A stretch of 64,000 nt of DNA. Source: Bacillota bacterium (GTDB lineage Bacteria > Bacillota > Clostridia > Christensenellales > SZUA-584). This document shows, in pieces, positions 1-8,477 of the stretch. The DNA lies in the NCBI GenBank assembly GCA_023390815.1, contig JAEWCC010000035.1:6543-70542 (forward strand), in the 5' to 3' direction. The position numbers were made by a program, and so were the translations under genes. Position 1 is the stretch's first letter, and every line of letters starts with the position of its first letter. Under the pieces are notes generated by a model. It was not told the DNA's origin and ran no database searches. It was given only the letters and a program-made list of their open reading frames with translations.

Positions 1-243
1 TTTACCGCGAGCACGACCGAGGTGATCGTAGCGGAGGTTCCCGACAAGCCGGGCGGCCTCGCAAGCGTCCTCAAAACACTCGATGACGCGGGAATCAGCG
101 TGGAGTATCTGTATTCGTTCGTGCATACGCACGGTCAGAATGCGATGATCCTGTTCCGCGTGGAGGAAGTGGCGTCTGCCATTAAAGTACTCGGGGAAAG
201 CGGCATCAAACTGCTCAGCGAAGAGGACGTTTACAAAGCATAG
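1..243 (+). CDS. ACT domain-containing protein, C-terminal part (5' end lies outside the window)
   Basis: The frame is open from base 1 to TAG at 241-243. The segment VAEVPDKPGGLASVLKTLDDAGISVEYLYSF is a typical ACT ligand-binding signature. Confidence 0.7.
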   Translation, partial: FTASTTEVIVAEVPDKPGGLASVLKTLDDAGISVEYLYSFVHTHGQNAMILFRVEEVASAIKVLGESGIKLLSEEDVYKA

Positions 244-286
244 CTTGCGGAACGTGGGTAAAGTCAATATATTATACGCCAATACG

Positions 287-310
287 GAGGCGGGCAGCGC
301 TGCCCGCCTC
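287..310 (+). terminator. GC-rich perfect palindrome after the ACT gene (possible terminator, no U-tract)
   Basis: GAGGCGGGCAGC/GCTGCCCGCCTC is a perfect 24-nt palindrome 44 nt after the stop codon. It is followed by GTGAATT rather than a T-run. Confidence 0.35.
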
Positions 311-330
311 GTGAATTAAAGAAGGAAATT

Positions 331-1452
331 ATGCTGATTCGGCCAACCTATGCGATCGTGGAGCTTAAAGCGATCAAGAGCAACGTAAGAAACATCAAGG
401 AAAGCCTGCCCGCGCATGCGATGTTTTGCGCGGTGGACAAGGCGGATGGATATGGACACGGCAGCGTGATGACCGCCAAGGCCGCGCTCGAAGCGGGCGC
501 GGATTGGATCGCCGTTGCGATACCCGAGGAAGGCGTACCGCTGCGCGAGGAGGGCATACAAGCCCCTATTCTCGTGCTGGGGCCGTCCAATCTTTCGCAG
601 TGGCGGCTGGCTGCTGAACTCGATCTCAGTATGGTGGTTGCCTCGGAGGACTGCGTGCAGTCCGCAAGCATCGTCAGCCGTGAAACCGGCAAGACGATGA
701 AACTTCACCTTAAGGTAGACACCGGTATGAATCGTATCGGCGTGCGCAGCACCGAGGAACTTGCGCGCATGCTCGATATGATCGAAGCCGAACCCGGCCT
801 GATGCTGGAAGGACTGATGACGCATTTTGCTGTTGCAGATGAAGCGGACAAGGCGTATACTGCCATGCAGAACGAAAAGTTCCAGCAGTACGCCGAGCAG
901 GTAAAACAGCGCGGCTTTACGCCGATATTGCACGCAGCCAACAGCGGCGGCGCGATCGATTGCCCGGGTACCGCGTATGATATGGTGCGCACAGGCATTG
1001 CGATGTACGGCTGCTATCCGTCGGACGAGGTTTGCCGCGATATCAAGCTGAGTCCCGCGATGTCGCTGCATACGCAGATATCGTTCGTCAAAACCGTCGA
1101 AGCGGGAAGCAAGATCAGCTATGGCTGCACGTTCACCGCGCCGAAAGAGATGCGTATCGCGACGCTGCCCATCGGTTACGCGGACGGCTATAACCGGCTG
1201 CTTTCGAATCGCGGCGAAGTGCTGATTCGCGGCAGGCGTGCGCGTGTGGTCGGGCGTGTTTGCATGGATCAGATACTGGTCGATGTGACGGACATCGAAG
1301 GCGTCAAGCTGCATGACGAAGCGGTCTGTATCGGCAGGCAAGGACGCGACGAGATCACCGTGGAGGAGATCGCAAAGCTGTGCGGTACGATCAACTACGA
1401 GATATTATGTGCCATTTCGCCGCGTGTGCCGCGGCTGTACGTTGAGGGATGA
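331..1452 (+). CDS. alr: alanine racemase
   Basis: 373-aa ORF with the PLP-lysine motif AVDKADGYGHG near the N-terminus. The C-terminal VGRVCMDQILVD block is typical of Alr. A GAAGGA RBS lies upstream. Confidence 0.93.
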   Translation: MLIRPTYAIVELKAIKSNVRNIKESLPAHAMFCAVDKADGYGHGSVMTAKAALEAGADWIAVAIPEEGVPLREEGIQAPILVLGPSNLSQWRLAAELDLSMVVASEDCVQSASIVSRETGKTMKLHLKVDTGMNRIGVRSTEELARMLDMIEAEPGLMLEGLMTHFAVADEADKAYTAMQNEKFQQYAEQVKQRGFTPILHAANSGGAIDCPGTAYDMVRTGIAMYGCYPSDEVCRDIKLSPAMSLHTQISFVKTVEAGSKISYGCTFTAPKEMRIATLPIGYADGYNRLLSNRGEVLIRGRRARVVGRVCMDQILVDVTDIEGVKLHDEAVCIGRQGRDEITVEEIAKLCGTINYEILCAISPRVPRLYVEG

Positions 1453-1453
1453 C

Positions 1454-2002
1454 ATGAAGGAAGAAATGCGCAGGGAAATGCTGGACATGCGCCAGTCGCT
1501 TAGTGAGCAGAGTGTGGTGCGCGGCAGCGAGGCAATCACGAAACAACTGCTTTCGCTTCCCTGTGTTCAAAATGCGCAGCGTGTGATGACCTACTGCGCG
1601 GTCAAGAACGAACCGGATATGTGGGCGCTTACGCAGGCGCTGCTCGATATGGGTAAAAGCATGGCGTTGCCGTGCGTCACTGCGGAAGGCCTGTTGGCTG
1701 CGAATTTTTGCAGCAATACGAAAATGCAGCGCGGCGCTTATGGCATACCGCAGCCGGTAATCACCTCGGACAGCGATAAGGTGGAGCCGGATGTCGTGAT
1801 CGTGCCGGGCGTGGTGTTCGATCTGCAGCGATACCGCATCGGTTTCGGCGCTGGTTACTATGACCGGTTTTTGCAGTACAGAGGCGTAGTAAAAATCGGC
1901 GTGTGCTACGAGAGCCAGCTCGTGGACAACATCGAGGCGGAGCCGCACGATGTGCGAATGGATTATGTCGTTACGGAACGGCGCATTCTGGGAGAAGTCT
2001 GA
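1454..2002 (+). CDS. 5-formyltetrahydrofolate cyclo-ligase
   Basis: The in-frame ATG at 1454 lies 1 nt after the alr stop. The longer track ORF (from 1313) overlaps alr. Motifs IVPGVVFD and GFGAGYYDRFL are present. Confidence 0.88.
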   Translation: MKEEMRREMLDMRQSLSEQSVVRGSEAITKQLLSLPCVQNAQRVMTYCAVKNEPDMWALTQALLDMGKSMALPCVTAEGLLAANFCSNTKMQRGAYGIPQPVITSDSDKVEPDVVIVPGVVFDLQRYRIGFGAGYYDRFLQYRGVVKIGVCYESQLVDNIEAEPHDVRMDYVVTERRILGEV

Positions 2003-2541
2003 TGCGCGTGATCGCGGGACAATACAAGGGCAGGCCGCTTGCATGCCCCAAGGGCGAAGCGGCAAGGCCGACGACGGACAAGGTGAAGGAAGCATTGTTC
2101 GGCGTACTGCAGTTTCAGATTGAGGGTAACCGCGTGCTCGACCCATTTGCGGGCAGCGGCGCGCTCGGTATCGAGGCGCTCTCGCGCGGGGCGGCGCATG
2201 TAGATTTTATCGAGCGTGAACCGCAGTGCCTGCGCGCGCTGACCGAGAACCTTAAGATGGTTGAGGATAAGGACAGCTTTCGCGTATTGAAGGGCAATGC
2301 CATGACGCTGCTGCCTACACTCGGGAAATACGATCTGCTGCTGCTCGACCCGCCCTATGACGCAGGCTATTACGATAAGGTGCTAAAGCTCGCGCATGAA
2401 GGTGGCATATTGGAACACGGCGCAGTGGTTGCAATGGAATGCCGCAGAAAGTTTGATTTTTTGCCTCCATCGGAGTATAATTTTACTAAGCGTAGGGATT
2501 ACGGCGATATATCGCTGATTTTTCTGGAATATGAGGGCTGA
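2002..2541 (+). CDS. rsmD: 16S rRNA (guanine966-N2)-methyltransferase
   Basis: The start ATG overlaps the preceding TGA (TGATG). Motifs PTTDKVKEALF, LDPFAGSGALGIEA and LLLLDPPY are present. Confidence 0.92.
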   Translation: MRVIAGQYKGRPLACPKGEAARPTTDKVKEALFGVLQFQIEGNRVLDPFAGSGALGIEALSRGAAHVDFIEREPQCLRALTENLKMVEDKDSFRVLKGNAMTLLPTLGKYDLLLLDPPYDAGYYDKVLKLAHEGGILEHGAVVAMECRRKFDFLPPSEYNFTKRRDYGDISLIFLEYEG

Positions 2542-3022
2542 TTTGCTTAAATGTGTTTACCCCGGAAGCTTTGACCCGGTCACTTCCGGCCATCTCGATG
2601 TGATATGCCGTGCCGCCGCGATGTTTGATGACGTCACCGTTGCGGTGCTCGTTAATAAAAATAAAAAGCCCGCTTTCTCTACAGAGCAGCGTATGGAGTT
2701 CATTCAGCGGAGCATTGCGCATCTTCCCAACGTAAAGGTAGACAGTTTTGCGGGCCTGCTGGTCGATTATATGAAGAAAACGGATGCAAACGTGGTGATA
2801 CGCGGACTACGCGCACTGTCGGATTTTGAATATGAATACCAGATGGCGGCGATGAACGCAAAACTCGCCAAGGATATCGAAACAATATTCCTGATGACGG
2901 ATATCAACCTTTCGTTTTTAAGTTCCAGCATGGTTAAGGAGCTTGCGAGCCATAACGGAGATATTACGGGCCTGGTGCCCGAAGCTATTAAGGAAGATGT
3001 GATTAAGCAATATGGCAGGTGA
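2531..3022 (+). CDS. coaD: phosphopantetheine adenylyltransferase
   Basis: YPGSFDPVTSGHLD nucleotidyltransferase motif; 163 aa. It overlaps the rsmD end by 11 nt. TTG at 2543 is an alternative start. Confidence 0.95.
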   Translation: MRADLLKCVYPGSFDPVTSGHLDVICRAAAMFDDVTVAVLVNKNKKPAFSTEQRMEFIQRSIAHLPNVKVDSFAGLLVDYMKKTDANVVIRGLRALSDFEYEYQMAAMNAKLAKDIETIFLMTDINLSFLSSSMVKELASHNGDITGLVPEAIKEDVIKQYGR

Positions 3023-3026
3023 GCCG

Positions 3027-3479
3027 ATGAAAATCCACGAACTGCTCGAAGAACTCCGGGAAGAGGTAGAGAACAGCCCGAGGTCGGTGTTCTCTAATAA
3101 GCGCAGCGTCGATGTTGAGATCATACTCGAAATTCTTGCCGATATCAAAGCGGCAATGCCCGAAGAAACTCGGGAGGCGCAGAAGGTATTGGCGGAAAGA
3201 GAGCAGATTATTGCTGCCGCACGTGACGAAGCCGCGGCGATCGTCGCGAGCGCGGAGGATGAGCTGCAAACACGGATATCCGAAAGCGAGGTTGTGCGCG
3301 AGGCTGAAATCAAGGCCAACGAGCTTAAAGAGCTGGCGCAGGGCAACGCTAAGGAGATCGTCATGGGCGCGCGCGAATATGCGGACGACATCATGCAGGA
3401 GCTTGAAACCTACTTTGCGGACTATCTCAAAATGATCCGAAAAAATCGGTTAGAGCTTTCCGGTAAGCGGAAGGATTGA
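3027..3479 (+). CDS. hypothetical coiled-coil protein (ATPase subunit b/E-like heptad pattern)
   Basis: ATG at 3027 has AGGTGA 6 nt upstream and lies after the coaD stop; ATG 3012 is the alternative start. The protein is highly charged and E/A/K-rich with a helical repeat and no catalytic motif. Confidence 0.7.
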   Translation: MKIHELLEELREEVENSPRSVFSNKRSVDVEIILEILADIKAAMPEETREAQKVLAEREQIIAAARDEAAAIVASAEDELQTRISESEVVREAEIKANELKELAQGNAKEIVMGAREYADDIMQELETYFADYLKMIRKNRLELSGKRKD

Positions 3480-4622
3480 TTTTTGTCTGCGCTTTTGATA
3501 AAAGCGAATGATCAGCACCAGCAACAATGTGATTCCCGCGAAAATGACGCCGCCGTAAGCGGCGTTTTTTGATGCGGACGATATGGACGAGGCTGTAACG
3601 GTGAGGGGGAAGCATTGCAGCGCCAGCGAACATAACAGACTTGCGATCGTGCCCTGAATGGTTTTAGCCAGCGCGAAGCCCCGGGGCTTCAGCTTGGCTG
3701 CCGCGCAGACCGCATGCGTCTGCATGTGCACGCACAGGCCGCCGAATGCGATGACCGAGGCGATCATGGGCAGTGCAACCGACAGCGGCGCGCCCATCGC
3801 AGCCACCTTGGCGCAGCCCGTGGTGGCCTCTAAACTCCCAAGTATCATTGCGGACACCCCCTGCACATCTACACCGATGATGTTGGCGGCGGGGAGGTAC
3901 AGCGACGCGAGCAGAGCGAGAACGCCCGTAACGGATAAAAGCTCCATGATCACGGAAAACAGGATGATGTACCCGCCGATACGCAGCATGAGCGCCATGG
4001 CTTTCTCCACGCCATCCGCCATCAACGCGCCAACGGGCGGGCATTTGGCGGAGTCCGCGCGAAATTGCGCCAGTGCATCCCGAACTGATATACGGGCCTG
4101 AAAGCTTTCTCTTTTCTTTCTGTTCCGGAATAAGCCAAAGATGACACCCGTCAGCAACGCGGCAAGGTAATGGGTAGCCGCGAGGTAGATGCCTGCCTCG
4201 GGCAGGCCGAGCATTCCGGCTGAAACCGCGCCGGTGATGAACAGAGGCCCTGATACGCTCGTGAATCGCACGACGGTTTGCGCATCGGCTTCGGATATCC
4301 GGCCGTTTTGATAAAGCTCTGCCGCGAGCCGCGCGCCCACGGGATAACCGGAGAGTGCCGCGGTGAAGAATATGTAGGCGCTTTCGCCGGGCGCGTTGAA
4401 CAAAAAACGCGTAACAGGGGCGAAGAAGTGTGCGACGAGCCGGATCAGCCCTGTTTCCAGCAGCATGAACGAAGCGAGCACGAACGGAAACAGCGAGGGC
4501 AGCACCGTGTGAAACCACAGATCCAGCCCGTATCGCGCCGCTTTAAGGCAATTGTCGGGATACAGCAGTAAAAAAACAACCATTGCGGCGATGCCGGCAA
4601 TCAGGGGGATTTTTTTCATCAT
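3450..4622 (-). CDS. ylbJ: sporulation integral membrane protein YlbJ (nucleoside-recognition/Gate family)
   Basis: 390-aa polytopic membrane protein with the N-terminal block AARYGLDLWFHTVLPSLFPFVL characteristic of YlbJ. It is syntenic with coaD/rsmD as in Bacillus. Confidence 0.85.
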   Translation of the reverse strand: MMKKIPLIAGIAAMVVFLLLYPDNCLKAARYGLDLWFHTVLPSLFPFVLASFMLLETGLIRLVAHFFAPVTRFLFNAPGESAYIFFTAALSGYPVGARLAAELYQNGRISEADAQTVVRFTSVSGPLFITGAVSAGMLGLPEAGIYLAATHYLAALLTGVIFGLFRNRKKRESFQARISVRDALAQFRADSAKCPPVGALMADGVEKAMALMLRIGGYIILFSVIMELLSVTGVLALLASLYLPAANIIGVDVQGVSAMILGSLEATTGCAKVAAMGAPLSVALPMIASVIAFGGLCVHMQTHAVCAAAKLKPRGFALAKTIQGTIASLLCSLALQCFPLTVTASSISSASKNAAYGGVIFAGITLLLVLIIRFYQKRRQKSILPLTGKL

Positions 4623-4673
4623 ATCACAGCCTTACGGTTAAGCTTATGAACCGGTATGGCTGCGTATGAGGGA

Positions 4674-5858
4674 TCAGAGCTGGGAGCCGATGAGCAGTTT
4701 TTCCGTATAATCGCGATACCCATTATGATATGGGGGTACCCGCTGGCTGAGTGCCCAGACGTCAGTGGCAGCAATGTCCAGCGCAGGGTAAGGGGACTTG
4801 GCGGCGGACCCGGTCACCAACGGTACGGAACATGATTGGGAAAGCACGGAAAGTACATCCGGGCTCTTGACGCCCAGTACGCGTACGTGGTTTAATGGCG
4901 TTTGGTTATGTTGGCGCACTGCCTCGCGCGTGATGCCGAGCAGCGCGTAGAGCAGGATACGCGATATGCGCGTATAGGTATATCGCTTGGTTTTGACTTT
5001 AGCGATGAGCGCTTCGCGCGAGGTGCTGCTTTGGGCGGCTTCGAATATGCGGTTCTCCAGACCCTCGGAGACCTCGTGGAGCGTGCGGATATAATCCGGC
5101 CCATTGCGGCGCAGCGCAAACAGCAGCGCATTGTCGAAACATTCCGGATATACGGGGACAAGTCCCTGATTCATCTGAACGCGCACATAATCGCGGCAGC
5201 CTTGCGGCATCGCGGCGATCGCCTGCTCGGTTTGTCCGGCTTTAAGCGCCGCCCGCAGCGCGGTCGCGCTGGGAACCGCGTCCGTCATGTCGGCACTGTG
5301 GTATGCGCCGCCCGTGCGCGGCACGGCGAACGGCGTGATATCCGCGCCGCTCTGGATGATGGCCTTGATATATTCGATGCCGAGGATGGCATTGGGATGA
5401 CATAATATTTCGGGCGCGTCCGGTAAAGCCGCCTGCATGCGCGCGGCAGGAAAGCTGCTTCCGTCATCAAGGTGCTGACGGAGTGTGCGGCGGAAAGCGT
5501 CGGTCTCGTCTGCCAATACGTGCGCGGCTTTGGTCAGCAGACCGACATCGGCGGTTTCGCTGCCGAAGCTGATCGCCTGTGCGCCCAGCGCGCGCAGCAC
5601 CGATACGCCGCCCTGCGCGAAGCCTTCCGCGCTCTGCACGGCGGAGAGCAGCGGCAACTCCACCACGGCGTCGGCGCCGCACAGCAGCGCACACGCCGCG
5701 CGCGTCCACTTGTCGAATATCGCGGGCTCGCCGCGCTGCACAAAACTGGCGCTCATCACACAGACGACGAGGTCGGCGATATCACGTGTCTGCGCGATGT
5801 GCCATTCATGTCCCGCGTGAAACGGATTATATTCCGACACAATTCCGCAGATACGCAT
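4674..5858 (-). CDS. tmcAL: tRNA(Met) cytidine acetate ligase (YlbM/UPF0348 nucleotidyltransferase)
   Basis: N-terminal GIVSEYNPFHAGHEWHI (HxGH) motif; 394 aa; located in the ylb synteny block. Confidence 0.88.
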   Translation of the reverse strand: MRICGIVSEYNPFHAGHEWHIAQTRDIADLVVCVMSASFVQRGEPAIFDKWTRAACALLCGADAVVELPLLSAVQSAEGFAQGGVSVLRALGAQAISFGSETADVGLLTKAAHVLADETDAFRRTLRQHLDDGSSFPAARMQAALPDAPEILCHPNAILGIEYIKAIIQSGADITPFAVPRTGGAYHSADMTDAVPSATALRAALKAGQTEQAIAAMPQGCRDYVRVQMNQGLVPVYPECFDNALLFALRRNGPDYIRTLHEVSEGLENRIFEAAQSSTSREALIAKVKTKRYTYTRISRILLYALLGITREAVRQHNQTPLNHVRVLGVKSPDVLSVLSQSCSVPLVTGSAAKSPYPALDIAATDVWALSQRVPPYHNGYRDYTEKLLIGSQL

Positions 5859-5891
5859 AAAATACTCCTTTTCAAAAATGATAAAGTTATA

Positions 5892-5897
5892 TATAAT
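5892..5897 (+). promoter_or_regulatory. candidate -10 (TATAAT) for pta-ackA
   Basis: Exact TATAAT with TTTTCA 17 nt upstream. It lies in the AT-rich divergent region between tmcAL and pta. Confidence 0.35.
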
Positions 5898-5903
5898 AGG
5901 CGA

Positions 5904-5924
5904 GTGGTATTATCATTATACCAC
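5904..5924. promoter_or_regulatory. inverted repeat GTGGTAT-N7-ATACCAC just downstream of the candidate pta -10
   Basis: 7-bp perfect arms read directly from the sequence, in an operator-like position. No known consensus was matched (it is not a cre site). Confidence 0.3.
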
Positions 5925-5981
5925 AATCTTCAAATATTAATAGCTTATTTGTATATATTCGAAGGGAGAATAGACGGAATC

Positions 5982-6971
5982 ATGAGTTTGATGGACGGAA
6001 TCAAGCAGAAGGCGCGGGCTGCAAAGAAACGGATTATGCTGCCGGAAGGCACCGAGGAAAGGACGATCAAGGCGGCAGAAATTATCGCCCGGGAGGGGAT
6101 TGCAGAGGTCACGCTGCTCGGAGACATCGACAAGATGAAGGAGATGTCCAAGGGGTTGGACTATACCGGTGTAAAGATGATCGACCCGGCAAAATCGGAT
6201 AAACTGGAAGAATACGCGGAGAAGTTCTACGAGCTGAGGAAGCACAAGGGCGTAACCCTTGAAGCAGCGAAAGCACAAGTAACGGATCCGCTTTTCTATG
6301 CGTGCATGATGATCAAGGAAGGCGAAGCGGACGGCATGGTAGCGGGCGCGATCAATACAACGGCCAACACACTGCGTCCCGCGCTGCAGATCATCAAGAC
6401 AGCACCCGGCATCAAGGTGGTTTCGAGCTGCTTTGTGATGGAACTCACCACCCCGGAGTATGGCCACAACGGCGTCATGCTGTTCGGCGACTGTGCGGTG
6501 AACCCGAATCCGACCGCCGAGGAACTGGCTGCGATCGCGATTTCGACCGCAAAATCGGGCGTACAGCTGACCGGTATGGAACCCAAGGTCGCGATGCTGT
6601 CGTTCTCTACGAAAGGCAGCGCGAAACACGAACTGGTCGATAAGGTCGTTCAGGCGACCGCGCTCGTTAAACAACTGGCTCCCGATCTCATGGTGGACGG
6701 CGAGCTTCAGGCGGATGCCGCGCTGGTGGAGAAGGTCGGGCAATTGAAATCACCCGGCAGCCCGGTGGCGGGCAAAGCCAACATTCTCATATTCCCCGAT
6801 CTGCAGGCGGGCAACATCGGCTACAAGCTCGTGCAGCGTCTGGCGGGCGCTGATGCCATCGGACCCATCTGTCAGGGCCTCGCCGCGCCGGTCAACGACC
6901 TGTCCCGCGGCTGCAGCGTAGAGGATATCGTTTCAGTCGTCGCAATTACTGCTGTTCAGGCACAAAATTAG
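5982..6971 (+). CDS. pta: phosphate acetyltransferase
   Basis: ATG 5982 is preceded by GAAGGGAG. The sequence MLPEGTEERTIKAAE...GNIGYKLVQRL...PVNDLSRG matches the PTA_PTB family. The 5' extension in the track ORF is antisense to tmcAL and rejected. Confidence 0.95.
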   Translation: MSLMDGIKQKARAAKKRIMLPEGTEERTIKAAEIIAREGIAEVTLLGDIDKMKEMSKGLDYTGVKMIDPAKSDKLEEYAEKFYELRKHKGVTLEAAKAQVTDPLFYACMMIKEGEADGMVAGAINTTANTLRPALQIIKTAPGIKVVSSCFVMELTTPEYGHNGVMLFGDCAVNPNPTAEELAAIAISTAKSGVQLTGMEPKVAMLSFSTKGSAKHELVDKVVQATALVKQLAPDLMVDGELQADAALVEKVGQLKSPGSPVAGKANILIFPDLQAGNIGYKLVQRLAGADAIGPICQGLAAPVNDLSRGCSVEDIVSVVAITAVQAQN

Positions 6972-6980
6972 GAGGACATC

Positions 6981-8171
6981 ATGTATACCATACTCGTCAT
7001 CAACGCAGGCAGCTCGTCGCTGAAATACCAGCTGATCGAGATTGAAACCACGGATGTGCTGGCAAAGGGCCTCGTCGAGCGCATCGGCATCGAGGGCTCC
7101 GTGCTGACGCATACCGCGCCCGGTAAGGAAAAGCTGGTCGTCGAAGAGCCGATGGCTGACCACAAGCAGGCCATGAGCCATGTGCTGCGCGCGCTGACCG
7201 ACCCTCAATACGGCGTGATATCCGATATGAATGAGATCAACGCGGTGGGACACCGCGTGCTGCACGCGGCGGAGAAGTTCACGCAGAGCGTGATCATCAA
7301 TGATGCGGTCATCGACGCAATCCGCGACTGCATCAAGTTCGGACCGCTGCACAACCCCGCCAACCTCATGGGCATCGAGGCGTGCCGCAGCATCATGCCG
7401 ACCACGCCGATGGTCGCGGTGTTCGATACCGCGTTCCATCAGACCATGCCCAAAAAGGCATACCTGTACGGCCTTTCGTACGACGCGTATACCGAATACG
7501 GCGTCCGCCGCTATGGCTTCCACGGCACATCGCATAAATACGTATCCAAGCGCTACGCTAAGCTGATCGGCAAGAAGGATGCCAAGGTGGTTACATGCCA
7601 CTTGGGCAACGGCTCCAGCATGTGCGCGGTAGACGGCGGCAAATGCGTCGATACGTCGATGGGCTTAACGCCGCTGGCCGGCGTGATGATGGGAACGCGC
7701 TGCGGCGATATCGACCCCGCTATCGTAACGAACCTGATGAAAGAAATGAAGCTCGATCCCGAACAGATGAGCAATTACATGAACAAGAAGTGCGGCGTGC
7801 TCGGCATATCGGGCGTATCGAGTGACTTCCGTGATCTTACCGCTGCAGCTAAAGAAGGCAACGAGCGCGCGGCGACTGCGCTTGAAATGTTCTGCTATCA
7901 GGTCCGTAAATACATCGGCTCTTATGCGGCGGCGATGGGCGGCCTCGACGCCATCGTGTTCACGGCGGGTATCGGCGAGAACGACACGGGTGTGCGTGCG
8001 CGGTGTCTGGAAGGCCTCGAATTCCTCGGTGTGAAGATCGACAAGGAACTCAACGCGAACCGCGGCAAGGAGATGCGCATCTCCGCGCCCGACTCCAAGG
8101 TGGATGTGTGGTGCGTGCCGACGAACGAGGAACTCGAGATCGCAAACGATACGTACGAGCTTTGCAAGTAG
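6981..8171 (+). CDS. ackA: acetate kinase
   Basis: [16 protein letters not shown]-terminus with HRVLHAAE and GFHGTSH motifs. An AGGAGG RBS is present. Confidence 0.97.
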   Translation: MYTILVINAGSSSLKYQLIEIETTDVLAKGLVERIGIEGSVLTHTAPGKEKLVVEEPMADHKQAMSHVLRALTDPQYGVISDMNEINAVGHRVLHAAEKFTQSVIINDAVIDAIRDCIKFGPLHNPANLMGIEACRSIMPTTPMVAVFDTAFHQTMPKKAYLYGLSYDAYTEYGVRRYGFHGTSHKYVSKRYAKLIGKKDAKVVTCHLGNGSSMCAVDGGKCVDTSMGLTPLAGVMMGTRCGDIDPAIVTNLMKEMKLDPEQMSNYMNKKCGVLGISGVSSDFRDLTAAAKEGNERAATALEMFCYQVRKYIGSYAAAMGGLDAIVFTAGIGENDTGVRARCLEGLEFLGVKIDKELNANRGKEMRISAPDSKVDVWCVPTNEELEIANDTYELCK

Positions 8172-8204
8172 TAGACAAATGGTTATGCCGCGTGTATAAT
8201 GGGC

Positions 8205-8406
8205 ATAATCGAAGGGGACGCCCATCTGGGAGTATCGACTTTTTAGGGACCCGCCGACGCGACTGAAATCGGTGGGAGGGAGATCTGGGTGTGGTGACAG
8301 CCGCTTTGCGTGTGAATATTCTCTAAAGTGCCCGGAACGAACCGGGAATTTGGGTGGCACCGCGGGTAACATACTCGTCCCTGTCTTTGGATAGGGACGT
8401 TTTGTT
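8205..8406 (+). promoter_or_regulatory. T-box leader (tRNA-sensing riboswitch) controlling hisS-aspS
   Basis: Conserved T-box sequence AATTTGGGTGGCACCGCGGG at 8347-8366. A stem III hairpin (CCCGG/CCGGG, 8331-8346) precedes it. The terminator stem CGTCCCT/AGGGACG (8376-8399) is followed by TTTTGTT. A distal stem-I helix CCCGCCGA/TCGGTGGG (8250-8276) has an AGGGA bulge upstream. Confidence 0.88.
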
Positions 8407-8477
8407 ATATAAAAAATGATATATTTGTGAGGCCTTTGGAGCCGTTTCGGCTCCTGGCTATGTTTATGAGGTGAAGC

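Noticed and set aside
316-1341. 341-aa ORF antisense to alr. The same pattern recurs across the window, e.g. 1391-2146(-), 6933-7601(-), 7665-8372(-), 21030-22064(-), 41873-43045(-), 43182-44201(-), 47894-48886(-), 49657-50718(-), 57727-59001(-).
   Set aside because: Each lies wholly inside and opposite a gene with unmistakable conserved motifs. Their translations are Arg/Ala/His/Gly-rich and low in complexity, with no recognisable domains or RBS. Long stop-free antisense frames are expected in GC-rich coding DNA.
5472-5981. 170-aa N-terminal extension of pta in the track ORF (5472-6971).
   Set aside because: The extension runs antisense through the tmcAL coding region and the AT-rich promoter spacer. 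The conserved Pta sequence begins at the ATG at 5982, which has a proper RBS.
8224-8226. CAT (His codon) as the T-box specifier.
   Set aside because: It lies on the ascending (5') strand of stem I. Specifier codons sit in the 3'-side loop, and no CAC or CAT exists between 8227 and 8357.
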